The translations under genes were made by a program, and so were the position numbers. Positions 17,795 to 27,892 of a DNA stretch of 64,000 bases are shown here, one piece after another. Within the stretch, counting starts at the first letter, position 1; each line of letters opens with the position of its first letter. This DNA comes from an uncultured delta proteobacterium (GTDB lineage: Bacteria > Myxococcota_A > Polyangia > Polyangiales > Polyangiaceae): positions 928,001-992,000 of the forward strand of contig CAWJCS010000005.1 in assembly GCA_963841435.1 (NCBI GenBank), in the 5' to 3' direction. The notes under the pieces were generated by a model. That model was not told the DNA's origin and did no database searches. It saw nothing but the letters and a program-made list of their open reading frames with translations.

Positions 17795-18695
17795 GGAGGA
17801 GCTTCTCCAGGCGCGCGACGAGCGGCGGACCGGCGAGCCCGCTTTCTTCCTGGTGAAAGCGCTGGCTGCCGTAGCGCCCGGAAGGGTAGCCAGCCGCGTG
17901 CAGTGAAGTCAGCGAGCCCGGGACCACGCCTGACGTGAGCAAGAGGTGGCTGAGGGCCTCGCCGAGGCCGCCGGCGCGATAGTGCTCCTCCATGGTGACG
18001 ACCCGTCGCTTGGCCTCGATGCTGGCCGAAAGCTCGGCGGGAAGGGGCTCGAGCGGGAACGTCCCCACACTCCATATCTCGAGCTCGTCCAAGAGCTCCG
18101 GGGCACCCATGGCGTACAAGCCTTGCAGCACGGGGCCCATGCCGATGACGACGGCGCTCGGACCGGGCTTGAGCCGGCGCCACGGCGCGAACGCCGGCAC
18201 CTCGCCTGGGATCGCGGCGGGAGCGTTCAACCTGAGATAGTTCGGCAGAGGGTCGTTTGCCATCGTGTTGACGACCGGGGCAACGTCAGCGGCCACGAGG
18301 GGCACGTAAACTCTCATGTTCGGCAACACGCGCATGGCACCGACGTCCTCGAGGGCGTGATGGGTGGCGCCCATGATGCCGTATCCGTAGCCGCCGCCGT
18401 TCCCGACGAGCTTGACGGGAAGCTCGTGCAGGCAAACGCCATGGCGGATCTGCTCGTAGGGGCGCAGCGTCGTGAAGACGGCCATGCTGTAGAGCCAGGG
18501 AAGCTGCCCTTCGTGTGCGAGGCCGGCCGCGAGCGAGACGGCATTCTGTTCGGCGACGCCGGCATTGACGAAGCGCTCGCCGTACACCGCGGCGAGCTCC
18601 TCGAGCGCCATGTAGCCGAGGTCACCCGTGATGAACACGAGGTTTTTTCGCTTCTCGAAGAGCGCGATCATCGCGTGCGCGAATTCAGTGCGCAT
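17787..18695 (-). CDS. Transketolase-like, C-terminal subunit
   Basis: ITGDLG, RFVNAGVAEQ, RPYEQIR, GATHHALED, EEH. Confidence 0.92.
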   Translation of the reverse strand: MRTEFAHAMIALFEKRKNLVFITGDLGYMALEELAAVYGERFVNAGVAEQNAVSLAAGLAHEGQLPWLYSMAVFTTLRPYEQIRHGVCLHELPVKLVGNGGGYGYGIMGATHHALEDVGAMRVLPNMRVYVPLVAADVAPVVNTMANDPLPNYLRLNAPAAIPGEVPAFAPWRRLKPGPSAVVIGMGPVLQGLYAMGAPELLDELEIWSVGTFPLEPLPAELSASIEAKRRVVTMEEHYRAGGLGEALSHLLLTSGVVPGSLTSLHAAGYPSGRYGSQRFHQEESGLAGPPLVARLEKLLRA

Positions 18696-19539
18696 TCGAA
18701 TAGCCGTTCACCAAGGCCTCGTGCGCCCGCGTCACCTCGTCGAGAGCCTGCTCGTATTGGGCGTCGCTCATCGGCAGGTAGTGGGAATCCACCGTGTCGT
18801 GCAGGTAGCTGATCCCGTTGCCTTTGACGGTGCTGGCGATGATGGCGACCGGTGCGTCACGAGTCTCGAGCACGCGGGTGCACTCGTCTCGCGCGGCGAG
18901 CAGCGACCGGAAGTCGTGCCCGTTGGCCTCCACGACGTGAAAGCCAAAGGCGCGGATTTTATCGGCGAGCGGCTCGAGCGCCATCACCTCTTCGGTACGG
19001 CCGATGGCCTGGATCCGGTTGCGATCGACGACCCAGACGACGCTCGTGAGCTTTCTGTGGGCGATGAAGAGGGCGGCTTCCCAGACGCTACCCTCGTCGA
19101 GCTCGCCGTCGGAAGTGACGCAGAAGAAGCGCCGGTCCTGCCGCTCGAGCCGCGCGCCGAGGGCCATGCCCGCACAGAGCGAGAGCCCGTGGCCGAGACT
19201 TCCCGTTGCAAACGGGATCTGTTCGATCGCGTTGAACGGAGGAAGGGCCGAAAGCAGCGTCCCCTCCTGGTAGAACGAGTCGAGCTCGGCTTGGCTGAGC
19301 TGATTGACCTCCCGAAGCAGGGAGTAGAGCGCTGCCACGGCGTGCCCCTTGGAAAGGACGAACCCGTCGTCGGCCCTCATCCAGCCGAGCTTCAGGAACA
19401 CCAGGATCTCGGCGCACGAAAGCGAGCTGCCGATGTGTCCCGCGTTGGCCTTCTTGTACATGGCGAGAAAGCGCTTCTTGACCGAGAAGACACGCTCTTC
19501 GAGCGCCACACACTCGGCCGCCGTGTCCTCGCGTCTCAT
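18685..19539 (-). CDS. Transketolase-like, N-terminal TPP-binding subunit
   Basis: GHIGSSLS, LSKGH, TGSLGHGL, SDGELDEGSVWEA...DRN, TVKGNG. Confidence 0.92.
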   Translation of the reverse strand: MRREDTAAECVALEERVFSVKKRFLAMYKKANAGHIGSSLSCAEILVFLKLGWMRADDGFVLSKGHAVAALYSLLREVNQLSQAELDSFYQEGTLLSALPPFNAIEQIPFATGSLGHGLSLCAGMALGARLERQDRRFFCVTSDGELDEGSVWEAALFIAHRKLTSVVWVVDRNRIQAIGRTEEVMALEPLADKIRAFGFHVVEANGHDFRSLLAARDECTRVLETRDAPVAIIASTVKGNGISYLHDTVDSHYLPMSDAQYEQALDEVTRAHEALVNGYSNAH

Positions 19540-19641
19540 CCGTCGCGCCTTCCGGGCTCCCAGGCTTTCACGACGGGCCCGAGCTCGGCAATGGCCCGCG
19601 CGCAAATGGGGCCCGGGGCCCCGGAGCGCGCGCGAATCGGG

Positions 19642-21606
19642 CTACTTGCCGTAGCCCGTGCTCACGACGTTCGCCTGGATCGCGTCGTCGGTCGCGTCCG
19701 ATGGGTAGCCGGCGACAATCGCGCCTTCGTAGAAAGTGCCCTGGCTCGCGTTGTTGTTGCTGTAGCAGCAGTCGCCGCCGCTTCCGAGGACGATGGCCCC
19801 TTGCTTTTGCATCGGGTTCTTCCCCGGGGGGAGCGAGCCCTTGTAGTACGTCGTCAAGTTGCCGGTCGTCGCGTTGGCAGCCTTGAGCGCGAACTCCGTC
19901 GTCCCGTTGTTCTTCTCCACGGCCGTGACGTACGTGGACGTTTGGCTCATGAGGTTGTTGTTCTTGCCACTGCTGCCCTGGGAGAAGATCCCGCCTTCCA
20001 GATCCGCCATGACCCACGGACCGGAGCCGTTGCCCGACCCCCAGGTCGTCGAGTTGCCGAAGTACAAGGAATCCATGGTCGCGCCGGCCACGTAGGTTCG
20101 GCTGACTTCGGCGTTGCCGTAGTCGTAGCAGCACCCGCTGTTGAAGTGCGTGCCGCTCGTCACGATGTAGATCCCCTGGGGCGCGTTACCGAGCGGCATG
20201 CCCGTCTTGGAGCCGTCTCTCCAGTAGGCTTGGCTGGGCCTCGTGTAGAGCGAGTACACCTTGTGGCCGCCGACGTTCAGCGACTCTCCGGTGGCATTCG
20301 CCGCCGTTTGGCCCGAATGGCCCATCACGGAGCTATCCGGGGTCTCGGCTTCGATGAAGTTACCGTGCCCGGATTGGTCGTAAACCTTGGTGATGGTGCA
20401 GGTCGTTCCGGAACAGAACGTGTCTTGCTGGGCGGAGTCTGCAACGCCTCCGGGGCTCAGGGCGGGAATGTCCTTGGTCGTGCTGTCCGAGGCACGCTTG
20501 ACCTGGTAGAGAGCGCCGCCAAACGATCCGTAGAGGGCGCGAATCGTGCTGTGCGCCGCGACACACATGTGGCTGGCAGCTTCGTAGATGTCGCACGGCC
20601 CGGTGCTCATGCCGGCGCTACCCGAGGCACCGCTCGACCCTCCGGTCGCTCCCGCAGCGCCGCCGCCCGCACCGGCGCCCCCCGTGGCCCCGGAAGCTCC
20701 GGCCATGCCGCCCCCCGCGGCGCCGCTGACGCCGCCCGTGGCCGACACGCCGCCCATGCCGCCCATGCCGGACGCGCCGCCCGCTGCGCCGACTCCGCCG
20801 CTGCCCGCCACACCAGCCGTACCCGCCGCGCCACCTGCACCCGCGGTGCCGCCAGCACCTCCAGCGGAGGACTCCATCTGCAGCACGACCGTGCCCGTGA
20901 GGGCCGACATCTGCGGGGTGACGGTCAGCGTGCTGCCCGAGACGCAGTAAGAGTACGTCACGGGATCGATCGTCAGCGTGGTGGCCGAGGTCGTGTACGA
21001 GCCGTTCGGCTCCGTGTAGGGGGATACCGTTCCAAGCCCGGCGTGCTGCACGGCGCTGAGCGAGCAGTTGCACTGGCCGTTCGTATCGGTGCACGTGGAG
21101 GTGGTCCAACCCAGGGCGCTGAAGATGCTGCCCACCCGGCTGCACTCGACGTCAACCGACGAAATCGAGAGACACGAGGGCGCTAGCGGGAACGTGACGG
21201 TGCCCGTGGTCGTCGTGTTGTCGGTATAGGTACCGTTGCCATCGGCGACCAAGCTTCCGGTGGTTTGGAGGGAACCCGTTGCCGGCACCGTCGTGCAACC
21301 CAAGCTCGCCAAGGACACGTCCATCGGTCCCGACAATTGCAGACAGGAAGACGTGACGTTCCAAGTGCCGACCACGTTGCCGCCGCAGGGCGACACGTTG
21401 GTGCACGTCAGCGCGCCGCCCGAGCTGCCGCCACTGCCACCGCTCCCACCCGTCACCGAGCCACCCACCCCACCCGTTGCGCTCTGGCCACCGGTGCCGC
21501 CGCTCTGGCCACCGGTGCCCGTGGCCGGGCTGTCAGAACTGCAACCCGTGGCCGCCGCTGTCGCGGCGAGTAGCAGCGCACCGACGATTTCAAGCCGCTT
21601 TCGCAT
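19642..21606 (-). CDS. Lipoprotein alpha-L-arabinofuranosidase B (GH54) with Cys-containing N-domain and Gly linkers
   Basis: PCDIY...CVAAHSTIRALY, YDQSGHGN, GCCYDYGNAE, PWVMADLE, GTFYEG. Confidence 0.93.
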   Translation of the reverse strand: MRKRLEIVGALLLAATAAATGCSSDSPATGTGGQSGGTGGQSATGGVGGSVTGGSGGSGGSSGGALTCTNVSPCGGNVVGTWNVTSSCLQLSGPMDVSLASLGCTTVPATGSLQTTGSLVADGNGTYTDNTTTTGTVTFPLAPSCLSISSVDVECSRVGSIFSALGWTTSTCTDTNGQCNCSLSAVQHAGLGTVSPYTEPNGSYTTSATTLTIDPVTYSYCVSGSTLTVTPQMSALTGTVVLQMESSAGGAGGTAGAGGAAGTAGVAGSGGVGAAGGASGMGGMGGVSATGGVSGAAGGGMAGASGATGGAGAGGGAAGATGGSSGASGSAGMSTGPCDIYEAASHMCVAAHSTIRALYGSFGGALYQVKRASDSTTKDIPALSPGGVADSAQQDTFCSGTTCTITKVYDQSGHGNFIEAETPDSSVMGHSGQTAANATGESLNVGGHKVYSLYTRPSQAYWRDGSKTGMPLGNAPQGIYIVTSGTHFNSGCCYDYGNAEVSRTYVAGATMDSLYFGNSTTWGSGNGSGPWVMADLEGGIFSQGSSGKNNNLMSQTSTYVTAVEKNNGTTEFALKAANATTGNLTTYYKGSLPPGKNPMQKQGAIVLGSGGDCCYSNNNASQGTFYEGAIVAGYPSDATDDAIQANVVSTGYGK

Positions 21607-21990
21607 GAAGTACAGTCGCTCAGGTCGCCCGCTTGGCATCAGGAAAAAGGCCGCTCCATGAAAGCGCGATGCCGTGACGCGGGGTGGTCCATATCGATCA
21701 AATATTCTTCTCCGCGGGGAAACCTCCGAGGGATCTCGGGGGTGAAGCGCGCGGGCGGGCGGGGGTAGCAGGGCTCCTCGACCGGGGAGGGCTCGCCGGC
21801 TGCTCGTACCGCCGGCCCCGGAATTTCCGGCGCTCCGTGGAACGGCGCGCCCCGCTCTCAGTTTCGGCGACGGACCGGGGTCGCCTCAACCAGTCAAAAC
21901 GGCCCCTGCCGGAGCGAGCTCGACCCGACATTGGCGGAGGTTCCCCCGGAACGAGCTGTCAACGGCTTCGTTGGCTATATTCCCGGGAGT

Positions 21991-22677
21991 ATGGCTGAGG
22001 CGACCAAGCCGGCTCAGAAGTTCGATGCCTACGCGGGCAACTACGACCATTTGGTCAACCAGAGCATCGAGGCGAGCGGCGAATCGAAAGAGTACTTTCT
22101 CGACTACAAGCTCCGCTGCCTGCAGCGGCTCGGACTCGAGTGGCGGCACTCCGTGCTCGATTACGGCTGCGGAACGGGCAACATCGCGACGACGATCGCT
22201 TCTGCCTGCGGGCACGTCGAGGGTTACGACCCTTCGCCCGAAAGCCTCGCGCGCGCCCGCGAACGCTCCCCGCACATCACGTTTCACGATGACCCGGCCG
22301 CCATCGGTGCATCTCGCTTCGACTTCGCCGTCCTGTCCGGAGTCTTGCACCACGTGCCGAGCAGAGAGCAACGGCACGTGATGGAAACGGTGCTGAGCAA
22401 GTTGAAACCGGGCGGCCGAGTCGTCGTCTTCGAGCACAATCCGTGGAACCCGGTGACTCGTCGCGCCGTCGAGGCGTGCCCGTTCGACGACGACGCCGTG
22501 TTGCTCTGGCCCTGGCAGGTTCGGCGGCTGCTCAATGGCGCGGGATTTCACGACGTGCGCCTGGAGTACATCGTGTTTTTCCCACAGCCGTTTGCGTGGC
22601 TGCGCCCCCTCGAGCCGCGGCTCCGCTGGCTCGGCCTGGGCGCTCAGACCATGACCATCGGCGTCCGGCCGGCGTAA
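21991..22677 (+). CDS. Class I SAM-dependent methyltransferase
   Basis: VLDYGCGTG, VLHHVP, LKPGG, FEHNPWNP. Confidence 0.92.
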   Translation: MAEATKPAQKFDAYAGNYDHLVNQSIEASGESKEYFLDYKLRCLQRLGLEWRHSVLDYGCGTGNIATTIASACGHVEGYDPSPESLARARERSPHITFHDDPAAIGASRFDFAVLSGVLHHVPSREQRHVMETVLSKLKPGGRVVVFEHNPWNPVTRRAVEACPFDDDAVLLWPWQVRRLLNGAGFHDVRLEYIVFFPQPFAWLRPLEPRLRWLGLGAQTMTIGVRPA

Positions 22678-23030
22678 AAGCGGCCGAGCTCCTCCTCCCG
22701 AAGAAGCCTCCCTGCTCGGGCGCCAGCGCTCGTCGCAACTCACGTTGACGCTCACGTCGAACGTTCACGCGGAACCGCGTGACGCGCACCGCTTGCAGCA
22801 GGCGACGCGTGAGAACGATGAAGGTTGCGACACGCGCGTCGCGGCTCACTCGCACCCATCCGGAACCGGTCACACACTCGGCGTCGCCACGCGGTGCGAT
22901 GCGAGGGACCGGACCGCTGTCAACCAAAACGAACGCGGGGCGCGTGGCCCCCACGGTCTTTAGATTGGTGTCTCCGAAATGCGATCGGCAGATTGTGGGA
23001 ATTAGCCAAGCGTCCGCCGGAGAGTCCATC

Positions 23031-24125
23031 ATGAGCATTGCGAACGTTTGGCCCCGTAAGCAGAGCATCGCAGTGCTTGGAGTGATCATCGCTCCGGCTT
23101 GCGCCAGAGCGACCGACGACCCCATCGAAGGCCTGGAAACACCCCCAATCGGAGGCTTCGGCGGGGAGCTCGCCATGGCGGGCATGGGTGGCACCGACCC
23201 GATGCTGGGCGGCGGCGGTGGCGTTGCCGCAGGCACGGGTGGCGGGTCCAGCGGCGACGCAGGGACGGGCGGAGTTGCCGCCGGCGAGGGTGGCACGGGT
23301 GGAATCGCGACGGGTGGTGCCGGCATGGGCGGTACGGCGGGAACGAGCGCCGGCACGGGTGGCACGAGCAGCGGCATGGCTGGCGCCGCGGGTACGATGG
23401 GGGGAGCCGGGTCGAGCAACTCCGGTGGGGGCGCCGGAATGGGTGGACGCGCCGGCACGAGCTCGATGGGCGGCAAGGGCGGCACGAGTGCCGCCGGTGC
23501 GTCGGGTGCTGGCGGTGCTGCGGGTGCTGGCGGTCGCGCAGGCAAGGGCGGCGCGGGCGGCGCGGGCGGCGGCGCGACCACGATGAACGGCTGCGCGAAG
23601 CTCTCCGTCCCGATGAACGACGCCAACGACAAGGCGCACTTCACGCTATCGCTGAACAACACCGCGAACCTCGGCGCCGCGGGCACGACGATCAGCCTGC
23701 ACGTCTACGTGCAGGCGGGCACGGGCGGTAGGATCTTCGCGTATGCGCAGGATTCGAGCTTCAATTTCCTCGGCCCGGCGAACCGACCCCTGCTCGCCAA
23801 CCAGAATGGCTGGGTGACGCTCACCTGGAACGTCGCCTCCGAGCCTACCGTATCGCCGGCAATCACCAAGAGCGACGTGAAGCGCATCGGAATCGAGATC
23901 CAGGCCGCGCCTTCGACGACCTGGTCGAACCCGACGGTCGTTTACGTCGACTCGATCACCGTCAATACTCCCTCGCTGTCGTTTCCCTTCAGCACGAGCG
24001 GGACGGTGTCCACGGCGACGAACCAGAGCAGCGACGTGAGCGGACAGGTCCTGTGGCTCAACGCCAACTCGAGCGACACGACGGCCAGCGGAACCGCGTT
24101 GAGCTGGGTCGCGACTTGCCCCTGA
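23031..24125 (+). CDS. Gly-rich lipoprotein with beta-rich C-terminal domain (possibly carbohydrate-binding)
   Basis: APAC lipobox, long Gly linker, GWVTLTW...IGIEI...VYVDSI. Confidence 0.65.
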   Translation: MSIANVWPRKQSIAVLGVIIAPACARATDDPIEGLETPPIGGFGGELAMAGMGGTDPMLGGGGGVAAGTGGGSSGDAGTGGVAAGEGGTGGIATGGAGMGGTAGTSAGTGGTSSGMAGAAGTMGGAGSSNSGGGAGMGGRAGTSSMGGKGGTSAAGASGAGGAAGAGGRAGKGGAGGAGGGATTMNGCAKLSVPMNDANDKAHFTLSLNNTANLGAAGTTISLHVYVQAGTGGRIFAYAQDSSFNFLGPANRPLLANQNGWVTLTWNVASEPTVSPAITKSDVKRIGIEIQAAPSTTWSNPTVVYVDSITVNTPSLSFPFSTSGTVSTATNQSSDVSGQVLWLNANSSDTTASGTALSWVATCP

Positions 24126-24153
24126 CGGCGCCGCAGCGCTCGGAGTCGGTGAG

Positions 24154-25182
24154 CTAGCGCTGCGTGCGCTCGTGCACGTGGTCGGCGACGAAACGGACGG
24201 CGTCGACGGGCGTTTCGGGCAGGATGCCGTGGCCGAGGTTGAAGACGTGGCCGGGCGTCGCGCCCGCGCTCGCGAGCACGTCGTCGATGCGCTGTTCGAG
24301 GCGCTCGCGGGGGGCGAAAAGGAGGATGGGGTCGAGGTTTCCCTGCAGGGCCACGTCGCTACCCAGGCGGCGGCGGGCTTCGGCGAGCGGGGTGCGAAAG
24401 TCGATGCCGATGACGGTGCCGCCCGCTTTCTTCTGCAGCTCGAGCAGGCTGCCCGTGTCGGTGCCGAAGTGGATCACGGGGACGCCTTTTTCGGCGACGC
24501 TCGAGAGCACGTGATGGACGTGCGGGAGGACGAATTCTTCGTAGTCGCGCGGGCCGAGGCAGCCGACCCACGAGTCGAAGAGCTGCACCGCCTGTGCGCC
24601 GGCTTCGATCTGCGCGACGAGGTAGCGGCGCGTGACCTCGGCGAGCTTTTCCATGAGAAGCCCGAACGACGCGGGCTCCTCGTACATGAAGCGCTTGATG
24701 CGCGAAAACTGCGAGCTCTTGCCGCCTTCGACGAGGTAGCTCGCGAGCGTGAACGGCGCGCCCGCAAACCCGATGAGCGGCGTCTTGCCCTCGAGCTCGC
24801 GGCGCAGGAGCCGGATCGCTTCGAGCACGTGGGGTAAGCCCGCCTCGGGCTCGAACGGGCGCAGGCGCTCGATGCCGGCGCGATCGCGGATGGGCTCGTG
24901 GATGACGGGGCCCTCGCCAGCGGCAAACTCGAAGGAGGCGCCGATCGGCTCGAGCGGCAAGAGGATGTCGGCGAAGAGGATGGCGGCGTCAACGCCGAGC
25001 GCGCGCACGGGCTGGAGCGTGACCTCGACGGCGAGCTCGGGCGTGCGGCAGATGTCGAGCAGCGTGTGATCTTTGCGGATCGCGCGGTACTCCGGCATGT
25101 AGCGGCCCGCCTGACGCATGAACCAGACGGGCGTCGCGTCGACCGGCTCACGCCGGCACGCGCGCAAGAAGCGATCCCACAT
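24154..25182 (-). CDS. hemE: Uroporphyrinogen decarboxylase
   Basis: PVWFMRQAGRYMPEY, DAAILFADIL, GFAGAPFT, QGNLDP, FNLGHG. Confidence 0.97.
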   Translation of the reverse strand: MWDRFLRACRREPVDATPVWFMRQAGRYMPEYRAIRKDHTLLDICRTPELAVEVTLQPVRALGVDAAILFADILLPLEPIGASFEFAAGEGPVIHEPIRDRAGIERLRPFEPEAGLPHVLEAIRLLRRELEGKTPLIGFAGAPFTLASYLVEGGKSSQFSRIKRFMYEEPASFGLLMEKLAEVTRRYLVAQIEAGAQAVQLFDSWVGCLGPRDYEEFVLPHVHHVLSSVAEKGVPVIHFGTDTGSLLELQKKAGGTVIGIDFRTPLAEARRRLGSDVALQGNLDPILLFAPRERLEQRIDDVLASAGATPGHVFNLGHGILPETPVDAVRFVADHVHERTQR

Positions 25183-25187
25183 GGTTT

Positions 25188-25763
25188 TTACATGCAGGGC
25201 GCGGTCAGCGAGGGGTCAACGGTGGCGTGCGGCATCTTCTCCCCTTTCTGAGCGCGCTCGCGCATCTCGTACTTCGACGGGCACTTCGCCATGATGTTCG
25301 ACGCTTCGAGGTGGCCCGCCGGATCGAGCGTGCCCTCGGCCGTCACGGCGACGACCATGCCCGGCAGGTCCTGGAACGTGTCGGGAACGGTGCAGCGCGC
25401 GTAGCGGACCGGCAGCTCCTTGCCGGAGCTCTTCATGGTGAAGCGGTACTCACAAGGATCGTCGCGGCGGACCAGCGTGCAGCGCTTGAGGGTGCCCTCG
25501 ACGCGCACGGTGCGGCCCGCGAGCTTCTCTTTGTCGCGCAGGATCTCGTCGACCTTGCGGGAGTAGATGGCCGAGCCCTGAAAGCTCGTGAAGACGAGCG
25601 TGAGGATCGAGCCGCCCATCACGAGCAGGGCCACGAGGAGCCCGACGCTGCGCCGGGGCCTCGGGCCGCCGCCGGCGGGCATGGCCACGGGGGCCGGCTC
25701 GGCCTGTGCCGCCTGTTCCGAGGCCTCGATGGCTTCGGAGAGCTCGTCGTCCAGGTTCGCCAT
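25188..25763 (-). CDS. ccmE: Cytochrome c maturation heme chaperone (CxxxY type)
   Basis: One TM, VRVEG, VPDTF, MAKCPSKY. Confidence 0.88.
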   Translation of the reverse strand: MANLDDELSEAIEASEQAAQAEPAPVAMPAGGGPRPRRSVGLLVALLVMGGSILTLVFTSFQGSAIYSRKVDEILRDKEKLAGRTVRVEGTLKRCTLVRRDDPCEYRFTMKSSGKELPVRYARCTVPDTFQDLPGMVVAVTAEGTLDPAGHLEASNIMAKCPSKYEMRERAQKGEKMPHATVDPSLTAPCM

Positions 25764-25855
25764 GGGAGACAAAGCCTAATGCCCGCTCCGGAACGGGTCC
25801 AGCGGCCGGGCCGCCGGGCGCGCAACTCCGGGCGAGCCCTGGCCGAAGCGGGGCC

Positions 25856-26551
25856 ATGAGGACGGCATTTTGGACCCTTGGCGCTCTTTTCGTCCTCCGG
25901 TCAACGACTGGGTGGGCGGCGTCCTCCGCGCTGCCGCTTCCGCCGCTGCCGCCGACGCGGGACCCGGAACCGGCGCCGCTCCGCCGCTCGGCGGCGCTCG
26001 AGCGACGGCCCCTCGAGCTCTCGGGTGGCGCGCGCGCGTGGGCGCCGCTCGCGTGTGTGGGTGTCACGTCGGGCGCCTGCCGCGGGCTCGGCCCCGCTTT
26101 TGGTCCGCAGGTGAGCGCGCTCTATCGAACGAGCCCCTACTTTGCCTTCGGCGGCGAAGCGATGGTCCTGCGCGCGCCGGGCGTCCAGGCGGGGCCGGGG
26201 CCGGGCTCCGTGCTCGAGCTCGGTGCGACGGGTCGGGTCTATCTGCTCGAGGCCGGCCCGATCGATCCGTACCTCGAGCTCGGCTTTGGCTACGGGGTCG
26301 CGTGGACGAGGGCAAAGCCGGCGGCACCGGGCCGGCTCGCTTCCGGTCCCACGGCACGCGCCGGCGGCGGCGTGGACGCGGTGCTCGCGCCCGGCCTGCG
26401 GCTCGGCGCGTCGTTTGCCTATCGCGAGGCGCTGCTCGGCCGGGCGGAGCGCTGCGAAACCTACGCGTGCGCCGGCCCGGCGGGCGAGCCGGTGGAGGGC
26501 GGGCTCGTCTTCGGGCTGTCCGCCACGGCGTCGTTCGGCGATCCGCTCTGA
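25856..26551 (+). CDS. Putative outer-membrane beta-barrel protein
   Basis: Signal peptide; alternating strands such as DPYLELGFGYG and GGGVD. Confidence 0.6.
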   Translation: MRTAFWTLGALFVLRSTTGWAASSALPLPPLPPTRDPEPAPLRRSAALERRPLELSGGARAWAPLACVGVTSGACRGLGPAFGPQVSALYRTSPYFAFGGEAMVLRAPGVQAGPGPGSVLELGATGRVYLLEAGPIDPYLELGFGYGVAWTRAKPAAPGRLASGPTARAGGGVDAVLAPGLRLGASFAYREALLGRAERCETYACAGPAGEPVEGGLVFGLSATASFGDPL

Positions 26552-26575
26552 CGGACAACGGCATAGGCTCGACGC

Positions 26576-27892
26576 ATGCTCGCCGACCCGTTCGGCATCG
26601 ATCAACGTCTGCGCGACGACGCGCGAAAGCTCGTCGCGTTCCGGCGCGCGCTCCGGCGCGGCGTGCCCGAGGACCACGTCTTCGAGGCGGTGGACCGTGC
26701 GACGACGCGCGAGCTCGTGCTCGAGCTTCGGGAAGCCGGCGAGACGGACCCGACGGCGCCGGCGCTCTTGCGCTGGGCCTACCGCATCCACCTCGAGCGG
26801 AGTCTCGTGAAAAGCTCGCTCGCGATCGCCAGAGCCCTGCGACAAGAGCCGCACCCGCTCGAGCGCCCCGAGCAGTGTCAACTGACCCTGCGAGCCATCC
26901 TCGAGCGCGTCATCGAAAGGGAGCGGGCGCCGCGCGCGCTCTTTGTGTCGGCGCTCTTCGAGCACGGCCAAAAGCTCGGTGCGCTGAGGCTCGTTCGCTG
27001 GGAAGAGCACGCCGAGGTCGTGTCCCGCCTCGGTTTCGAGGGCGGCGACGCGCTCGAGCTGCCGGGAAGCGCCGTGCTCGACGTGGCACGCCGCTTTCTG
27101 ACCGAGACGGACGCCGCGTTCGACGCGCTCGGGGCGCGCACCCTCGACGAGCTCGTCGCGCTCGCCGTTGGCGCGGACTCGCGCGCGGCCTGGCCCGCGC
27201 GACTCACGACCCGGTCGCTCGTGGAGCTCATCGGCGACCCTCGCTTTTTTTCGCACGTGACGCTCGACCTCGGCGAGCTCGGCGGGCGGCACGGCGCCTC
27301 CAGCTTTTTGCGCGGCTTCGCCGCGCTCGGCGGCGCGTGGCGCGCGGCGCTCGCGCCGGAAACGTTGCCGTTTTCGGTCGCGCGCGATGCCTTCGGGCTC
27401 GAGCGCGCCACGGCGGCGGGCCTGTTCGCATCGATGCCGTTCGCGGCGGCCTTCGCGCAGCGAGCGCTCGGTCTGTCGCGCGACGGTGTGCGCGACCATC
27501 AGCGCGTGCTCGCTCGGGTCGCGCTCGTCGGCCTGCGCGAGGCCGCCCTCCGCGTGCTCTTGCGCGCGCCGGCGCTCGCGGGGCCGACGGCCTATCGCGC
27601 GGCGTTCGTCGAGGAGACGGCGCGCGCGCTCGGGGTCGAGGTGCCGGATGCCGCGGCCGGCGTGCTGTTCACACCGGAGCTCGGCGACGCGCAGCGCTTC
27701 GCCGGCTGGCTGCTCGCTGCCGAGCGCGCCGAGCGGCTCCAGCGCGAGCACGACGAGGACTGGTACCGAAATCCGCGTGCCGTCGACGAGCTCGTGGAGC
27801 TTTCGCGACAGGCGGCGCCGACGACCGCCGAACAGGGCGCGCTCGAGGCCGGAGCGACCGCGCTCGTGGGGCGCCTCAACGCCGGTGCGTGA
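26576..27892 (+). CDS. Hypothetical helical protein
   Basis: 438-aa ORF with TAGGCT box 6 nt before the ATG; C-terminal DEDWYRNPRA. Confidence 0.7.
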   Translation: MLADPFGIDQRLRDDARKLVAFRRALRRGVPEDHVFEAVDRATTRELVLELREAGETDPTAPALLRWAYRIHLERSLVKSSLAIARALRQEPHPLERPEQCQLTLRAILERVIERERAPRALFVSALFEHGQKLGALRLVRWEEHAEVVSRLGFEGGDALELPGSAVLDVARRFLTETDAAFDALGARTLDELVALAVGADSRAAWPARLTTRSLVELIGDPRFFSHVTLDLGELGGRHGASSFLRGFAALGGAWRAALAPETLPFSVARDAFGLERATAAGLFASMPFAAAFAQRALGLSRDGVRDHQRVLARVALVGLREAALRVLLRAPALAGPTAYRAAFVEETARALGVEVPDAAAGVLFTPELGDAQRFAGWLLAAERAERLQREHDEDWYRNPRAVDELVELSRQAAPTTAEQGALEAGATALVGRLNAGA

